DNA of 64,000 bases from Lama guanicoe. Taxonomy: Eukaryota. The position numbers and the translations under genes are program-made. The stretch is from NCBI GenBank assembly GCA_013239625.1, contig MU054187.1, positions 17,104,711 to 17,168,710 on the forward strand, written 5' to 3'. How positions within the stretch are numbered: position 1 is the stretch's first letter; every line of letters starts with the position of its first letter. The notes beneath the pieces were generated by a model. The model did no database searches, was not told the DNA's origin, and worked only from the letters and a program-made list of their open reading frames with translations. Shown one piece after another: positions 1 to 13,073 of the stretch.

Positions 1-340
1 CTTTTTCCATCTAATCTTAATCTTTTCAGGAAGGACTACCTACAACCAGCATCAGACTAGAGACCAAGCTATCTTAAATTAAAAAGTGACATTTGGAGGA
101 AGCAATTATATTACTCAGGGTCCTGATAATAGTGAAATCATAAAAAGGAAAAAAAATAGATGAAAATCTTCAAAACAATTAGAGTTTTACATTATTTTTA
201 TTAAATTATTCTATCCCCACCAGATGTTTTAATTATACTTTTGATATACATTTTACGCTTTTGATAAATGGTTACTATAAACCATTTTCTAATTTTCTAA
301 ATTTCAATTTAAATTTGAACTTAATGTTCACATATTCATG

Positions 341-366
341 TATGTGTGTGTGTGTTTGTGTGTGTG
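341..366. repeat. (TG)n microsatellite, one interruption
   Basis: Directly visible tgtgtgtgtgtgtttgtgtgtgtg. Confidence 0.9.
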
Positions 367-1574
367 TTCTTATCTAATAGTGTTGAAAAAGATGAGCATG
401 ATTAGAGTGATAAATTTTATAATTTCTGGAGCTTACAATTTGATTATGAATTAAAATTTCCCATTTCTTTTAATAACAAATTTTAAGGAGGTGTTTTCTA
501 TTGTTTACCTAAAAATGAAAAACTTCATTCATCCTTCCTACCCTGAACACCTAAACATAGCTCTTGTCTATCTCAGTTCTTCAACAGCATATGTTTGGGG
601 ACAGTGCCCAACTAAACAGATGAAATCATACAAGTAAGACTTTGGACCTCAATATACTTATAAATTAGTGTAAGGGATGATTAAACAACAATGTCCATTT
701 AAATAATTTAGCAATTTATATCATATGAAAGTTAATATACATCAATTTCCAAGAATGTTTCTCATGTGTAAAAGAACATATTTGCAGCATAAATTAAGAT
801 AAACATGATAAATCATATGCTCTTTGACTGTGTAACATGTACAGAGAAGGAACATACAGATCATTATTTCTTAACTCTGACTTTATTATAGATCTTTGAG
901 TATCCAACTATCTCAGAACTTGTAAAATCTCCAAAAATATCTTTGCAAACACATTTCAATTAGAAAAAGATTTATGTTCTAATGAGTATCATGTGGAGAT
1001 GACATGACATATCACATGAAGATAAAGTGTCAAAACTCCCTAAATATTAATCACTAGCTTGGATATCACTCTAATTTGTAAAATTGGATAGAAAATAAAT
1101 TGTTTAATAAAACACCAAATAGTTTTATACACAGTGCTCCCACTGTGGATATTAAAATATAACTTGATAGACAAATAATAGAATTTAATTTAGAAAAAAA
1201 ACAAAAAATAGTAGTCTGTTTGGAACAAGAATTCAGAAAACAAACTCAAGAAGATTCTTGCCTTTCTAGTGAGAATTAAAATAGTCAGAAATTTAAAGAA
1301 ATAGCATTTGGCTTTTCGAAGTCATGTACTAGTTGGCATATTCCTTTTTCCACAGCCCTTAACTTGGAATATTGTCTGTAATTTCTGTAGGGCAAGGTTA
1401 TTTATCCTTCTTTAATTTACAAAAGAGAGATACAGAAAATAGCATTAATTATTAGACTATATGAGCTGATGGGATTATGATAATACTTTTGTAGGGGGGC
1501 CTTTACTCTTTTATTCTTCTTTTGGTCTTAAGTCTTTTTTGTCAAATTTTAACATGGCTCTTCTAGATCACTCT

Positions 1575-2065
1575 TTTTATTTTTTTTTTTTGATTTTAAA
1601 TAATTTTTTAATTGAAGTATAGTCAGTTTACAATGTTGTATCAATTTCTGGTGTACAGCATAATGTTTCAGTCATATATATACATACATATATTTATTTT
1701 CATACTCTTTTTCATTATAGGTTACTACAAGGCATCGAATGTAGTTTCCTGCGCTGTACAGAAGAAACTTGTTTACCTAGCTTATATATAGTAGTTAGTA
1801 TCTTTAAATCTTGAGCTCCCAGTTTAACCCTTCCCACAGCCTTCCTCTCTTGATAACCTGTTTCTGTTTTGTAAATAAGTTAATTTGTGTCTTTTTTTTT
1901 TTTTTTGAGACTCCACATGAGTGATATCATATGGTATTTTTCTTTCTCTTTCTGGCTTACTTCACTTAGTATGATGATCTCCAGGTCCATCCATGTTGCT
2001 GAAAATGGCATTTGTTCTTTTTTATAGCTGAGTATTATTCCATTGTATAAATATACCATGGCTTT
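1575..2065 (-). mobile_element. Young L1 3' end (3'UTR plus end of ORF2), 5'-truncated
   Basis: Poly-T, then ttgaagtatagtcagtttacaatgttg, the reverse complement of the 3' end of the L1 at 26143-27160. Continues into the L1 motif ctggcttacttcacttagtatgatgatctccaggtccatccatgttgctg. Confidence 0.9.
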
Positions 2066-2069
2066 AAAG

Positions 2070-2390
2070 ATTTTATTTCATTCAGTGCAGTTTTAGGTTC
2101 ATATCAAAATTAAGCAGAAAGTACAAAGATTTCCCAGAGACTCGCTGCTCCCACAAGGGCGTAGCCTCCCCTATTGCCAACATCCACCACCAGAGTGGTA
2201 ACATTTGTTACCATCGATGAACCTATATTGACACATATCATTCACCCCAAATATAGAGTTTACCTTAGGGTTTACTCTTAGTTTTGCACATTTTATGAGT
2301 TTGGACACGTGAACGCATAATGACATGCATCCATCCTTATAGTATCACACAAAAGAGCTTCACTGCCCTAAAAATCCTCTCTGCCACCCT
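2070..2390 (-). mobile_element. Old L1 3' end (L1MC-like)
   Basis: gcagttttaggttcatatcaaaattaagcagaaagtacaaagatttccc ... cactgccctaaaaatcctct resembles the recalled L1MC1/2 3'-end consensus. Confidence 0.75.
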
Positions 2391-2997
2391 TCAGTCAAGA
2401 GCTCTTGATAGAAAAGGTCTTGCCCTTGACTGCCAAGAAAGTTACAGAAGGTACTCATGTAAGTAAGGGAGTGTTATACAGTCCTAAAATTTGGTTTTCA
2501 GTTAAAAGTATTAGTTTTAGAAAAATAAATACCAAGTTATATTATAGAAACCTCTACCAGGTGGTAATATTGAAGCATCTGAGTTAAAGACTAATTTGTA
2601 AAGCTGAAGGTAGAGCCTTCAGGAATATTGACTTTAAGGTATTTAATTAGGAATACAGTATTTGCTCGCATTACTGGACAGTGAATAAGGACTGTGGAGT
2701 TAAATCAATACTAGTGGATCCTAGAGTCTGGCAACATTTCTATCATGAATATTCCCTTGGTTTGTGTGTGAATTTAAAAGGAGTAAGTTTTGTCTTTGTT
2801 TCTTGGTCCTTTGATTCCGCACAGTGGTAAAGCCCCTTTGTTGTTGGCATGCCTTAATTTAAATGTGGAGCTGTTCTCTTTCTGTGTGACTGCAGGCTCA
2901 AATGTCTCTTAAATGCCAATCTTGTTAGAAATCATGGGGAACTGTTTCTTCTCTTGTTTAGTCCCCAAAGTGGCATCTTTTCAACATTAAAAAGTGA

Positions 2998-3090
2998 TCT
3001 ATTTATTCACTCCTCAAATATTTATCGAGCATCTTCTCTGTGTTAGGCACGTAGGCAATGCTATAGGTGAGCAAGATCTCTACGATCCTC
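2998..3090 (-). mobile_element. L2 3'-end fragment
   Basis: tttattcactcctcaaatatttatcgagcatcttctctgtgttaggcac is a typical antisense L2 tail. Confidence 0.55.
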
Positions 3091-3139
3091 TCTGGCACCT
3101 TCACCTCACTCAGCCATCGCTTACAGCTTGACTGCAAAC

Positions 3140-3500
3140 AGACTTCCATTTCTTCACACAAACCCTATTGTCCTGTGTTCGATTACCTTTGCATGAAGGT
3201 CGTAGTTCTAGAATGATCCTATCCTGTCCACCCATTGCACTCCCTACACCTCTCTCCTATCCCGGTCCTCCTTCAGATTCAGTTCAAACATCACTTCCTT
3301 AGGGAAATCTATTTTTTGTCTTCAAATCACACAGACTCATGCACTTCCTTTTTGGAATCTTGTTTCAGTAGTACATTTATCATTATTTGCATAATGACTT
3401 AATGAACAGCTGTCTCCCTCACTAGCCTCTCACTCCATAATGGAAGGAGGTTGTGCCTTTTTCTTGACTTTCATATTCCCAGCACTTCCCACTATGACTT
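3140..3500 (+). mobile_element. L2 fragment
   Basis: Pyrimidine-rich L2-like motifs: ttcagattcagttcaaacatcacttccttagggaa, ctgtctccctcactag, ttcatattcccagcac. Confidence 0.55.
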
Positions 3501-5299
3501 TCACAAACCAAGGCTGCAGAGTTGAAGAGCTGATGGTTAAAACAGAACATTGAAACAATTCCAGGACCAAAAATAAATATTTATGGGACTTTAAAAAATT
3601 ATTCCTTGAATTTTTAGCTTTGGTGAAGTATATTATGTGGAACACTTTTGCCTGGAATATATTTTGGACTTTCTTGTGCTTTAACAACATTTGTTAAGGA
3701 ATCAGAGATATCTAAAATTATTTTATTGACTTGATCTATTAATATTGTGAATTAAGGTTGTTATCCTCCAACAGAATTTATTCTAGTTCAGCCTAAAACA
3801 TAATCTCATAAATGGCATTGCTACCTTGTGATCAAAAATTCCTAAGATTTTCCAGGTCAGTCCCAGGTTCTTGAGACGCATTCTTTTTTGCAAAAACTAA
3901 ATAATTTAAGGTATAATTTAACTGTATTATTTAATATTATGCCATTAAAGACTTCATATATATATGAAACACTATAGTTTTCAAAATTTCCCCAATAAAT
4001 TTATAAGTTTCAATTTTGGTTCTAAAACTGTGGTTGTTGGAAAACCCAAAAAACATGGCAAATTTAAAATTTATCCTACAGAAGAGAAGTTAAAAGCAAT
4101 GCTTGTATAAAGGGTATTAAGGGATACCTAGAGTTTAAAAGTTTCAGAGAAGTGATGGAGAATAAAACTAAGATAAAGCCACTTTGTTTATCAAGTTACA
4201 GGTAGCCTTTCAGAGATCAGTTCTCACATAGATACAGGGATAAAAGCAAGATAGCTGGTATTAAGAAAGTTGAGTGTTGAAGAAGTTGCTAAGTGTACAT
4301 TTCAGGATTCAAGAGTTTGGGAAGCAAAAGCAAGCTGAGAATGCACAGAACTAGAGTCAAGTGGTTTTACTTCAAACAGAGAATTAAAAAAAAAACATTA
4401 AAAGGAGAGAATTGTCAGCGTAAGATCCTTCACTCAAGGGCGAGGCTTGAAGTTGGAGTACAGTGGAGGGTTTAATTTTATGAAGGAGGCGAAAGTGTTT
4501 CATTCTCCAGATTTGAGGGAGGATAAACTGGTACAAGTGGAAATGTTTATGTGCTAACGTGAGGGCAGAACTCTGTGATTCTTAGCTGCCGTATCATTCA
4601 CAACTCCCCAGTATGGTTTTATTATGATTTAGAAGTCCGTCTAAATCTCCTTTTGCTAACCATTTCCACATATCTTCATGACTGTGGAACCTAATAAACC
4701 AAGGTTCCAGGATAAATTGAGATCCTTTCAAACTATCCCCATTGCATTTGGTTTTGCCTTTTCTTGGCACTCAATTCCACCACATTTGTTTACGTACTGC
4801 CTGAGACAACCAACCATGAACTTATTTTTCATCTCCCTTGTACCTAATTTTCTCCCTTTTCCCCATCTTAACAGAAAAATGTATTCTTTCAAGGGATAAT
4901 CTCTCAACCAGTGTTTTGAACCTCATACCTTGTGTCCTTGTTTATTTATTTCTTTTCTAAGTATTTGTCTCTCATTAGCTGCTTTCTTGCAGTTCACAAA
5001 TGTTAAAGCTTCTCCAGTCTTCTCAGCCGTGCATGCACACAGGGTGATGACTGCACGCACAACACAGGCACTCACACATGTTCTTCTGACTCCTGGAATC
5101 CCACTCAGTTGTCCTTTTTCCTTTAAGCCAAGCTCCATGAGCAGGTTGCCCTTTGTTGACTCTACTTCCTCAAGTTTATTTACTTCCTCGTCACTCATAA
5201 TCCGGATTCTCTCCCTCTCTGTTGACTAGAGCTACCTTTACTAAGGTAATTTGGTATCTTCCAATTTGTCAAACCTATTGAAGACATATTGATACTTAT

Positions 5300-6030
5300 T
5301 TGGATGGATCCCAAAGCAGCACTGGCCTCCTTCTCCCAGCATGACAACACTCTCAGGGCTCTCTCTCCTCTACCCCTGTCTCTCTGGGTCCTCCTTTTCA
5401 TTGCTTAGCTTCCTGCTCTCAGTGTTTCCCATCTGCACCATCTTCCTGACCAGAAACTACAATTATGACCTCTGTACAGAAGACACCAAGAGTTACAGTC
5501 CCAACCTAACTTCTTCTGTAGAACTATAGGCACATCCTTCAGAATGTCCGACAAGTTCTTCAAACGCAACATGGAAAACTGGACTTAGCATCTCACTCTC
5601 ATCACCCACAGGGAGGCTTCCTTCAGTGTTCTTGGGCCAGATAAATTATATTTTTATTCCTTGCCATCAAGCGCAAACCCTCAATTTCATTTTGTATTGC
5701 TTTTTTTTTACTTCTCCCACTACTGTTATTAGTCATAAAACCCATCTGACTGTGCATATTAAATATCTTTAGAATATAATTCCCCTTTTCTACGTATTTG
5801 ATACTGACAAGCTCTACTCATAATTGACGTCCTCTGTGGTTTAATTTTTCCTTCGCTAGTTGCACTGTTTTTAGCCTAGACTTTTAATTATCTGTTACAT
5901 AGAATATCTTATTAGCTTCCAAAATAATCTCCTTCTCTCCTTAATGGCTCCTCCAAAATACTCTGCTAAAGAAATTGTTCTCATACAAAATTATGATTAT
6001 GTAATCTGCTGTTTACAGGACTTTAGAGGA
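5300..6030 (+). mobile_element. Degenerate L2 fragment
   Basis: L2-like C/T-rich motifs (cccaacctaacttcttct, ttcaaacgcaacatg, aaattatgattatgtaatct). Confidence 0.45.
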
Positions 6031-9000
6031 TACACTAGAGTTTATTTGTACAATGTCCTATTGACTGACATTTTTTCCCTATATAAAGGACTTCTACATC
6101 AGTATTGGATAGAACGTTACAGATTTATACGAACTGAGGTGAACATAGGTTCATGATACATTAACAACACTAAAAAATGGAGGCCACAAAATTATTTACA
6201 CAACATGATTCTATTTTTTAAATGCATATCTACAAATAGATACGATATATAAGCTGTGATACATAAATAGGTATTTATATGCATATATAAGTGATATATA
6301 GGTATGTAATCTAGCTCATCTAACTCTCCACCTGTCTACTCACCTTACTCACCTTTTTGTCTACAGCAGGTTCTCTGATGGGTTTGCATATTTTTGTGTC
6401 TTTCTCTGATGTGTGCTTTTTCAGCCACGCCTCAAATCACAAAGAAATGCAAGGATGCTTCTTCCATCCCTACCAACATCTAATTGCTCACCAGGTTCTA
6501 GTAATTCTGCATTCTAAATATTTTTTAAAAATCAGTCTTTTCCTTTCTATCATAATTTCAAACTTTAGCTCTGATAAGCAGTTTTCCTTGCCTTCCAGTC
6601 CAAACAGAGACATGTGTTTTCCCATAAATTCCCAGGTTGTTTTTGTCATTTCACTTGTCACAAAGTTTCTTGTTCTTTTTATTTTTGTTTTTCACTTTAA
6701 CTAGCTTCAAGGAACTTGATGTCATTGGACAATCAGATATGGGGCTAAATTCAGCTTGGTGCCTAATACATGAAAAGCATTTAATCATCATTTGTAGAAA
6801 TATTAATAATAGCACACAATGCTGGGCACATGGCAATTGCTTTTGGTAATTACAGTATGACTGAACATTCTGCTAAATGCTTTGTGCTTGAAGTAAATTC
6901 ATGAGGTACAATAATTGTTGTGTGCACAAAGATAAAGCTGTACTTATTTAATATCCATTGGCAGAAAAAAAAAGAGAAAGTATTTGGTATTGTTGCTTCA
7001 TATAGAGGTTGATTTGAACAGTAAGAAAATGATTGGTGGAGAAGAAATCTGGCTGCTTCTGCTGAGGAAGAGGATAGAATACAACATCTCAAGTATTTGA
7101 GTTACCCAGTGTGAATGATGCCACAGATGGCATAGCTGGGGAGAGACTGCAAACAATATATATTAATGACTCTCAGGGGGGTAACAACAGATGTAAAGGA
7201 ATCCATATTTTTACCCTCTGAGCATATCTCTTCTCTGTTTCTTTCACTGGCTTCAGCCAATCTGTGTCTCCAGTTTCCAAGTTAATATAAATCCTCCTAT
7301 TTGGTACTTCAAACAAATAAAAGTTTCTATTTTTAGGTTGAGTTCTGTAATGAAAAATGCATGCTCATTGCGAAAACCAGATCGAATAAATTGACCACAA
7401 AACTAAAAGAAGGATATTGTGACTAGGACGGCTATCTAGATGGAAATAAATAAAAGAAGGAGTATATTTGTGCCCTAGGCTGATAAAGACCAGAAAGTGC
7501 CAAGGAGATCAGAGTGACCTTCAGAGATGGTGCAGTGTTTAGGGGACTCTAGGAAAGGAACACTCAGCCATCCATTCATTCACGCCGTGAGTCTCTAATA
7601 TGTACTGCACTCTGATAAGTCTGGAGAAGCTAGCGATGAATCAGTCAGGGTCTACATGAATATTAAACTGAAGTTTGTGTGACAGGAAGCAGTGGGGTCA
7701 TTCAAGATTTGCCTCTCCCTGTGTTTAATAATATAGACAAAATTAAAACTGCAAATGTGTCTAACCAGTGTGGATCAGATAATGATGATGCTTAAATTAT
7801 GTTGCTGACATAATTTATGCCAGCATAATTTTTCTTTCATTTAATATATCTATTAAAATGTATCTGTATTAAAAGAAAGAAGGTAGAATAGAGGGAGAAT
7901 GAATTTCAGATTAGAAAAAAGCTATATAGTATGGTCAAATTTTAAGACAATTATAAAACCTATGCATAAAATCTCTCTATGTTATATATATTATATTTGT
8001 CTAATATGAATTAGAATAAATAATATACAATATATATCATAGCATATGTGCTGTAAATAATAGTTACGTGTAATTATATTTAGGGAAAAGTGTGGAAGAT
8101 TACACCTCAAAATGTTGCTAAAGATGCTGTTTCTGATTTTTTTCTTATGGTTTATCTAGACTATGATTTTTTAAAAAGTGGACACATCTTCCTTGTACAG
8201 TAAAGTCATTAAAAAAATAAATCTCCAGGTGACCAAGAAATTTCTGTTAGACCAAGTATAAAATTCTATTAATGGAAATGGTGTTGCCTTCAGCATCATT
8301 AGAAACTTCTGAAATCAATTTGTAATATCAATCCACAGCACTTATTTCTAATTATGATGCTGAGGATTATAGTTTTTTAATAAAATACAGTTTGATAAAA
8401 AGAGGAATTCATTGGTTTCCATTTAATTTAATTTCTAACACTTAGTTCTTCCTCGTTTGCAAATCATGTAATTTTCTGACTTTTTCCCATAATCGCACAT
8501 GTAAGGTAAAAATTGTAATGTTATATTTAAAATTTGTTTACAAGGCTACTATATGGGAGACATGAGGAAATTCCAAAAGTACTGAGTTACTGAGAAGGAA
8601 TTGGCTATATAAGTTCAAAGTGTTTCTTCATATATTAGGTGGATTTAAAGGAGGAAAATACGGGTTTGGCACTCTCTCTTGAATAATTGTTCAAATGTCT
8701 TGGTTTTGGCAAAGTTAAAACTGCATTTTCTCATTCCCCCTTTTCTCGTAATTTATAAACCCATGTATACTTCAAGGGAAACTTAATCCATATGTTCTGA
8801 TTCATTTGCACTTAACCTGTCATAATGTTGTTCATGAAAGTCATCTCGTGTCCAAGAAAGTTTGTGAGATTATTTTTAATAAGTCCCCATCTCCCCTTGT
8901 TCTAAGAAGCTGCATTTTGACATTAGGTAGCCAAGTGGGAATCATAACAAGGTGAAACTTGAAATCTATGTATTTCAAATGAATTCATACTTGGGCAAAA

Positions 9001-10337
9001 ATGTATCTCCAATTTATCTGTGTGTTGTAATAAGGAAGCTCATAGTATTAAGCTAAAGACCAAGTGGCAGGACTATACAGCTTTTGTTTTTTTTAAATCA
9101 GTTCTTAGGAATATTCTTAAAAGAGTTTCATATTTAATAGATATATTCTCCCAACTAATAAGGGTGACATCTCCAAAGAGAAAATATTATATTACTACAA
9201 AGAGAAACTAAAGAGCAGATGCTGGATTTATGAGAACCTTTGTCAGAGATCTTTCTTTAGAGCAAAAAGTCAACCATCAATAATGAGTCTAATGCAACGG
9301 GAGAGAAAACCAAGATTCAAAAAATAACACTTTCTAAAAGCCAGAATCGCTTATCCTTTACAGGACTGGTTTCTATGCCTCTCAGATAAGATAAAACTGC
9401 AAGGCAGGGAGAGTCTCGAAAGATTTAAAATCAAATTGCACACAAGCGTTTGAAAATACTTATGTCAGAATTATTTTGGATATATTATTTTAAATTTAAA
9501 TAAATTGGTTAAGAACTACTTATTGTCACTTTTATTACCAGTGCTTCTAAGTATTCTTCCAGCTACATAATACAAGACTTGTGCATTGTGGTTGAACGAT
9601 CCCCAGCACCCCAGGTATTTCAAGGACACATTAGGAATGGTAATGCGAAAAGCAGAATGTGCTGCACACTGTTTAGGAGATTGGGATGCCATTAAAATCT
9701 CCCCAGGAAGAGTGAACTAAGGTCCAGTGTAAGGCTACGATTGTGAAAGCTCAAGTTTTAAACCAAACCTAAAATTTCAGCCTACATCTAGTTAAATTGA
9801 TGTCAGATCACCTATCCCCAGGGAAAGCAGATGCCTATTTGCTGTGCTGTGAACTGTTTCAGAGCAGAAGCATCGTACCTTCTCCAGTGAATGTTTATGT
9901 GCACATCTGGATAAAGGCAGAAAACTAAGGTAATTAATAGATGAGGTAAAATAAATTACTGCATTTAAAATATCACTCTTTGATTCTGGGTGAGTGAGTT
10001 TGTGGTTACAAAATTAGGGTCTCAATAAGACACATTCCATTCCACAAACCACCCACTCCAGTAATATGTGAGGAATTCAGGCCCTTGGACCAGCTTGAGG
10101 CTGTTGATTAATTTCATCTGTCCTGGTATACATATTTCTAAAGGAAGAAACTCATCATGCAGCATTTGAATCTATTTTCAGAATATTGCAGTTATTAGTA
10201 ATTACAAGAAAGATAATATTTACATACTATATCATTTATATAAACAAATGACTTTCATAGATGGAATAATCTATAATCTAGCAATTAATCTTTAGAAAAC
10301 TTTGTATGACCGACCATTAGTCACTCAACTTCATCTA

Positions 10338-10360
10338 TCTTTCTTTCTTTCTTTTTCTTC

Positions 10361-10419
<59 letters not shown>

Positions 10420-10436
10420 TTTCTTTCTTTCTTTCT
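10338..10436. repeat. (TTTC)n tetranucleotide microsatellite, ~100 bp pure pyrimidine tract
   Basis: Directly visible. Confidence 0.95.
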
Positions 10437-11284
10437 ACCATCATTTGAGGGGGACACTAACCTTGCACTGAGAATAATGTTAGACTTTAGGTTGGGATAA
10501 GGAGAGGATTCATTTACAGACTAAACAATCCAAATTTGGGGATAATGTTGTTAATTTGTTCTCTGAAAACTCCATTTGAGTTATGTTTGGAGCATTGAAT
10601 ATCTAGACAAATCAAGAACTGATTTTCTCCTGGAATGAAGTCCCTGTCACCTAGACTAAACATTGTTGGTTTTGCTTTTTAACAGCCCATTCAGTCCATT
10701 CATTATTTTCATACTGAAAAATATACCAGATTAACATTAAACATTATTTTCATAGTTTCATACCAGTAGACTGTGCTGAAAAAATTTATCCTGGGCTTAA
10801 CGTTTTACCAAAAGATTTATTTTTTTTTCACATCTTTCAAAATCTTTTCTCCAAAGCATGGTGTTCAATGGATAGCTGTCTATATTTTTTGAATAATCTG
10901 AAATCTCCTTTTGATTCAAGGCTGAATTTTAGAGGGTTTGGAGTAAAATATGATGCTGATGAGAATCTATGATTAGTGATCATATTAACACATTTTCAGT
11001 ATTTATTATAGATTGTGTGTAACTGTTCATCAAGCTATTATTATACACCAATGGAATGGTTAGTCTAAAATGCATATGAAAATCGTTCCTTTAATCACTG
11101 TCTCTTCTGGACCCCTACTTACTATATAAATATTTCTTTTATGATCATTATCACACTGCATTATTGTTAGTCCTTTGCATATTTTTTTAACTAGGAAGAC
11201 TGTGAGGACAAGCGTTTTATTCAACAGTACTTTGCCACTGCTTGGTATAGAGCCTGATCCAAGAGTAGGCTCACTAAATCTTTG

Positions 11285-11331
11285 TGGACCTAGTCCATTA
11301 GCACAAATCATTGGACCTAGTCCATTAGCAC
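11285..11331. repeat. Direct duplication of 20-bp tggacctagtccattagcac (27-bp period)
   Basis: Identical copies at 11285-11304 and 11312-11331. Confidence 0.95.
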
Positions 11332-12504
11332 GTGCCCTGGATTTCATCTGAAATTGGCATTAACTCTCTTTTGAACACCTGCTCATCACTCTATCCTGAA
11401 AGCAAAAACACACATTCAAAATTAGTGACATCCTAGAAGGTCTATGGTTTCCACATTTTGTTTTAACAGTTTAAAATTTAAGTCCCTATTTGCTCAATGT
11501 TTGAAATCAATTTGAACAAACTCATAGTAAAAATCTATCAATAAATTCCAGATACTTTACTTCCAGTCTTTGTACAGTGGGTAAATGGTTTCCACATTCT
11601 CCTGTTGTATGTCAGTGAATGGACTAAAGATAGAATCATGCTATTAACTTTGAAAAGCCAGACTTATGGTAACTCAAGTCCACAGTTAAAAAGCATGTAA
11701 ACTTTGTGCTTGAGTGTGTGTATATGTGTGCACAGGCAAAGGAACTGTGCCCACTACGCAACTACACACGTAATTCAAGTTCTATGATTTCAATATGAGT
11801 TATAGGAATATGACACTGTAAGAATATTTATGGCTCACAGCTTTGGGTGATTTTTTTTTCTGCCAAAATGTGTTTGCTTATTCAAATTCCTTTCCAGTGA
11901 AGAATAAGATTATAAACGTAAAGGCAGGGGAATGGAATTAGGGATGAAATAAGGTTAGAGAAAAAGAGATTTAAAGAAAAATTGCCAGTAGTTGTTTTTT
12001 TTTTAACTAGGATTGTGTTTATTTAATAGTCAATATAGACAGAAAAAGAAATGAAGATTTTAGATAATTATTGGATCAATTTGAAATTTTAACAAATTAC
12101 TGAAGACAATTATCAGCTATTTTATTTGTTCTTATTTTTTTGCCTGATTTATCAGGTTTAACAACCATTATTTATCATACATTTTTAAACTTAAGATCTG
12201 GTGTATTAAAAATTATATCTCTTACCTCAGAGAGAGCCTGTATATGTAGAAAACAAAAGAGAAATGAAAACAATGTATAATTTTAAAAGTAAAAGATATA
12301 GTGCTAGGGGGCTTATATTGGGGGAAAAAAGACTTTATTAAACCCAGGTGTCATCTAAATCTCTCATTTACCTATAGTTCACACCTAATTGTGTTACAAG
12401 TACAAATGATATCTTTAAAGGTTGTGGAACTCTTAACACATCTACTGAAGTTTAGGGTTGGTATCAAGTAATTATAGAAAGATACTGAAGCAAAATCTGA
12501 ATGT

Positions 12505-12600
12505 TAGGTCCTTGAATGCAGGGATTTTTGTCTTTTCACTCATGCACTTTTCACTCAGGTATCTAGAACGGTGCGTGGTACATACCAGCACTCAAAACAG
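12505..12600 (+). mobile_element. L2 3'-end fragment
   Basis: tccttgaatgcagggatttttgtc...tatctagaacggtgcgtggtacataccagcactcaa matches the L2 tail pattern. Confidence 0.6.
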
Positions 12601-12870
12601 GGTTATTGTTTGGTAAGTTCCACACAGCATTAGGGCTAAAAAGTGCTTGACCGTTAGCCTTTGCAATAATATTGAGAATCTATATATTCTTATGCATTTC
12701 TTCAATAATGTCATCTTTTTCATTCTTTCAAAACCACGATAATTACAATAGATTTTATACAACTATGTTTTGCTTCTCTCCTTTTATGGCTTCCACACTT
12801 TCCACTGTGTATAAAAAATGCTCCGTGAATGTGAAAAGGCTATAGAAATATTAACAAGTAGTCTTTGGAA

Positions 12871-13073
12871 CAACACTGCCCGGTTGCACTTTTTGCATCT
12901 ATGGGGATATTCTATAAGCTATTTTATCCAGTAGTACAGTCACCAGCCACATGTGGCTGCTGAGCACTTGAAATGTGACCAGTGCAACTGAGGAAATGTA
13001 TTGTTAATGGCATTTAATTTAAATTAATTTAAATGTAAATAGTGTATCTGAGGCTACTCCATCAAATACCCAG
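12871..13073 (+). mobile_element. MER3 (hAT-Charlie non-autonomous DNA transposon), full length
   Basis: Diagnostic agccacatgtggctgctgagcacttgaaatgtgaccagtgcaactgaggaa core. Flanked by a decayed 8-bp TSD ctttggaa (12863-12870) / ctctagaa (13074-13081). Confidence 0.85.

Noticed and set aside
7793..7817. AT-rich hairpin taaattatgt/acataattta
   Set aside because: Low complexity and short; not distinguishable from background.
11285..11331. CRISPR-like repeat-spacer-repeat
   Set aside because: Only two copies, a 7-nt spacer, and mammalian context with no cas genes.
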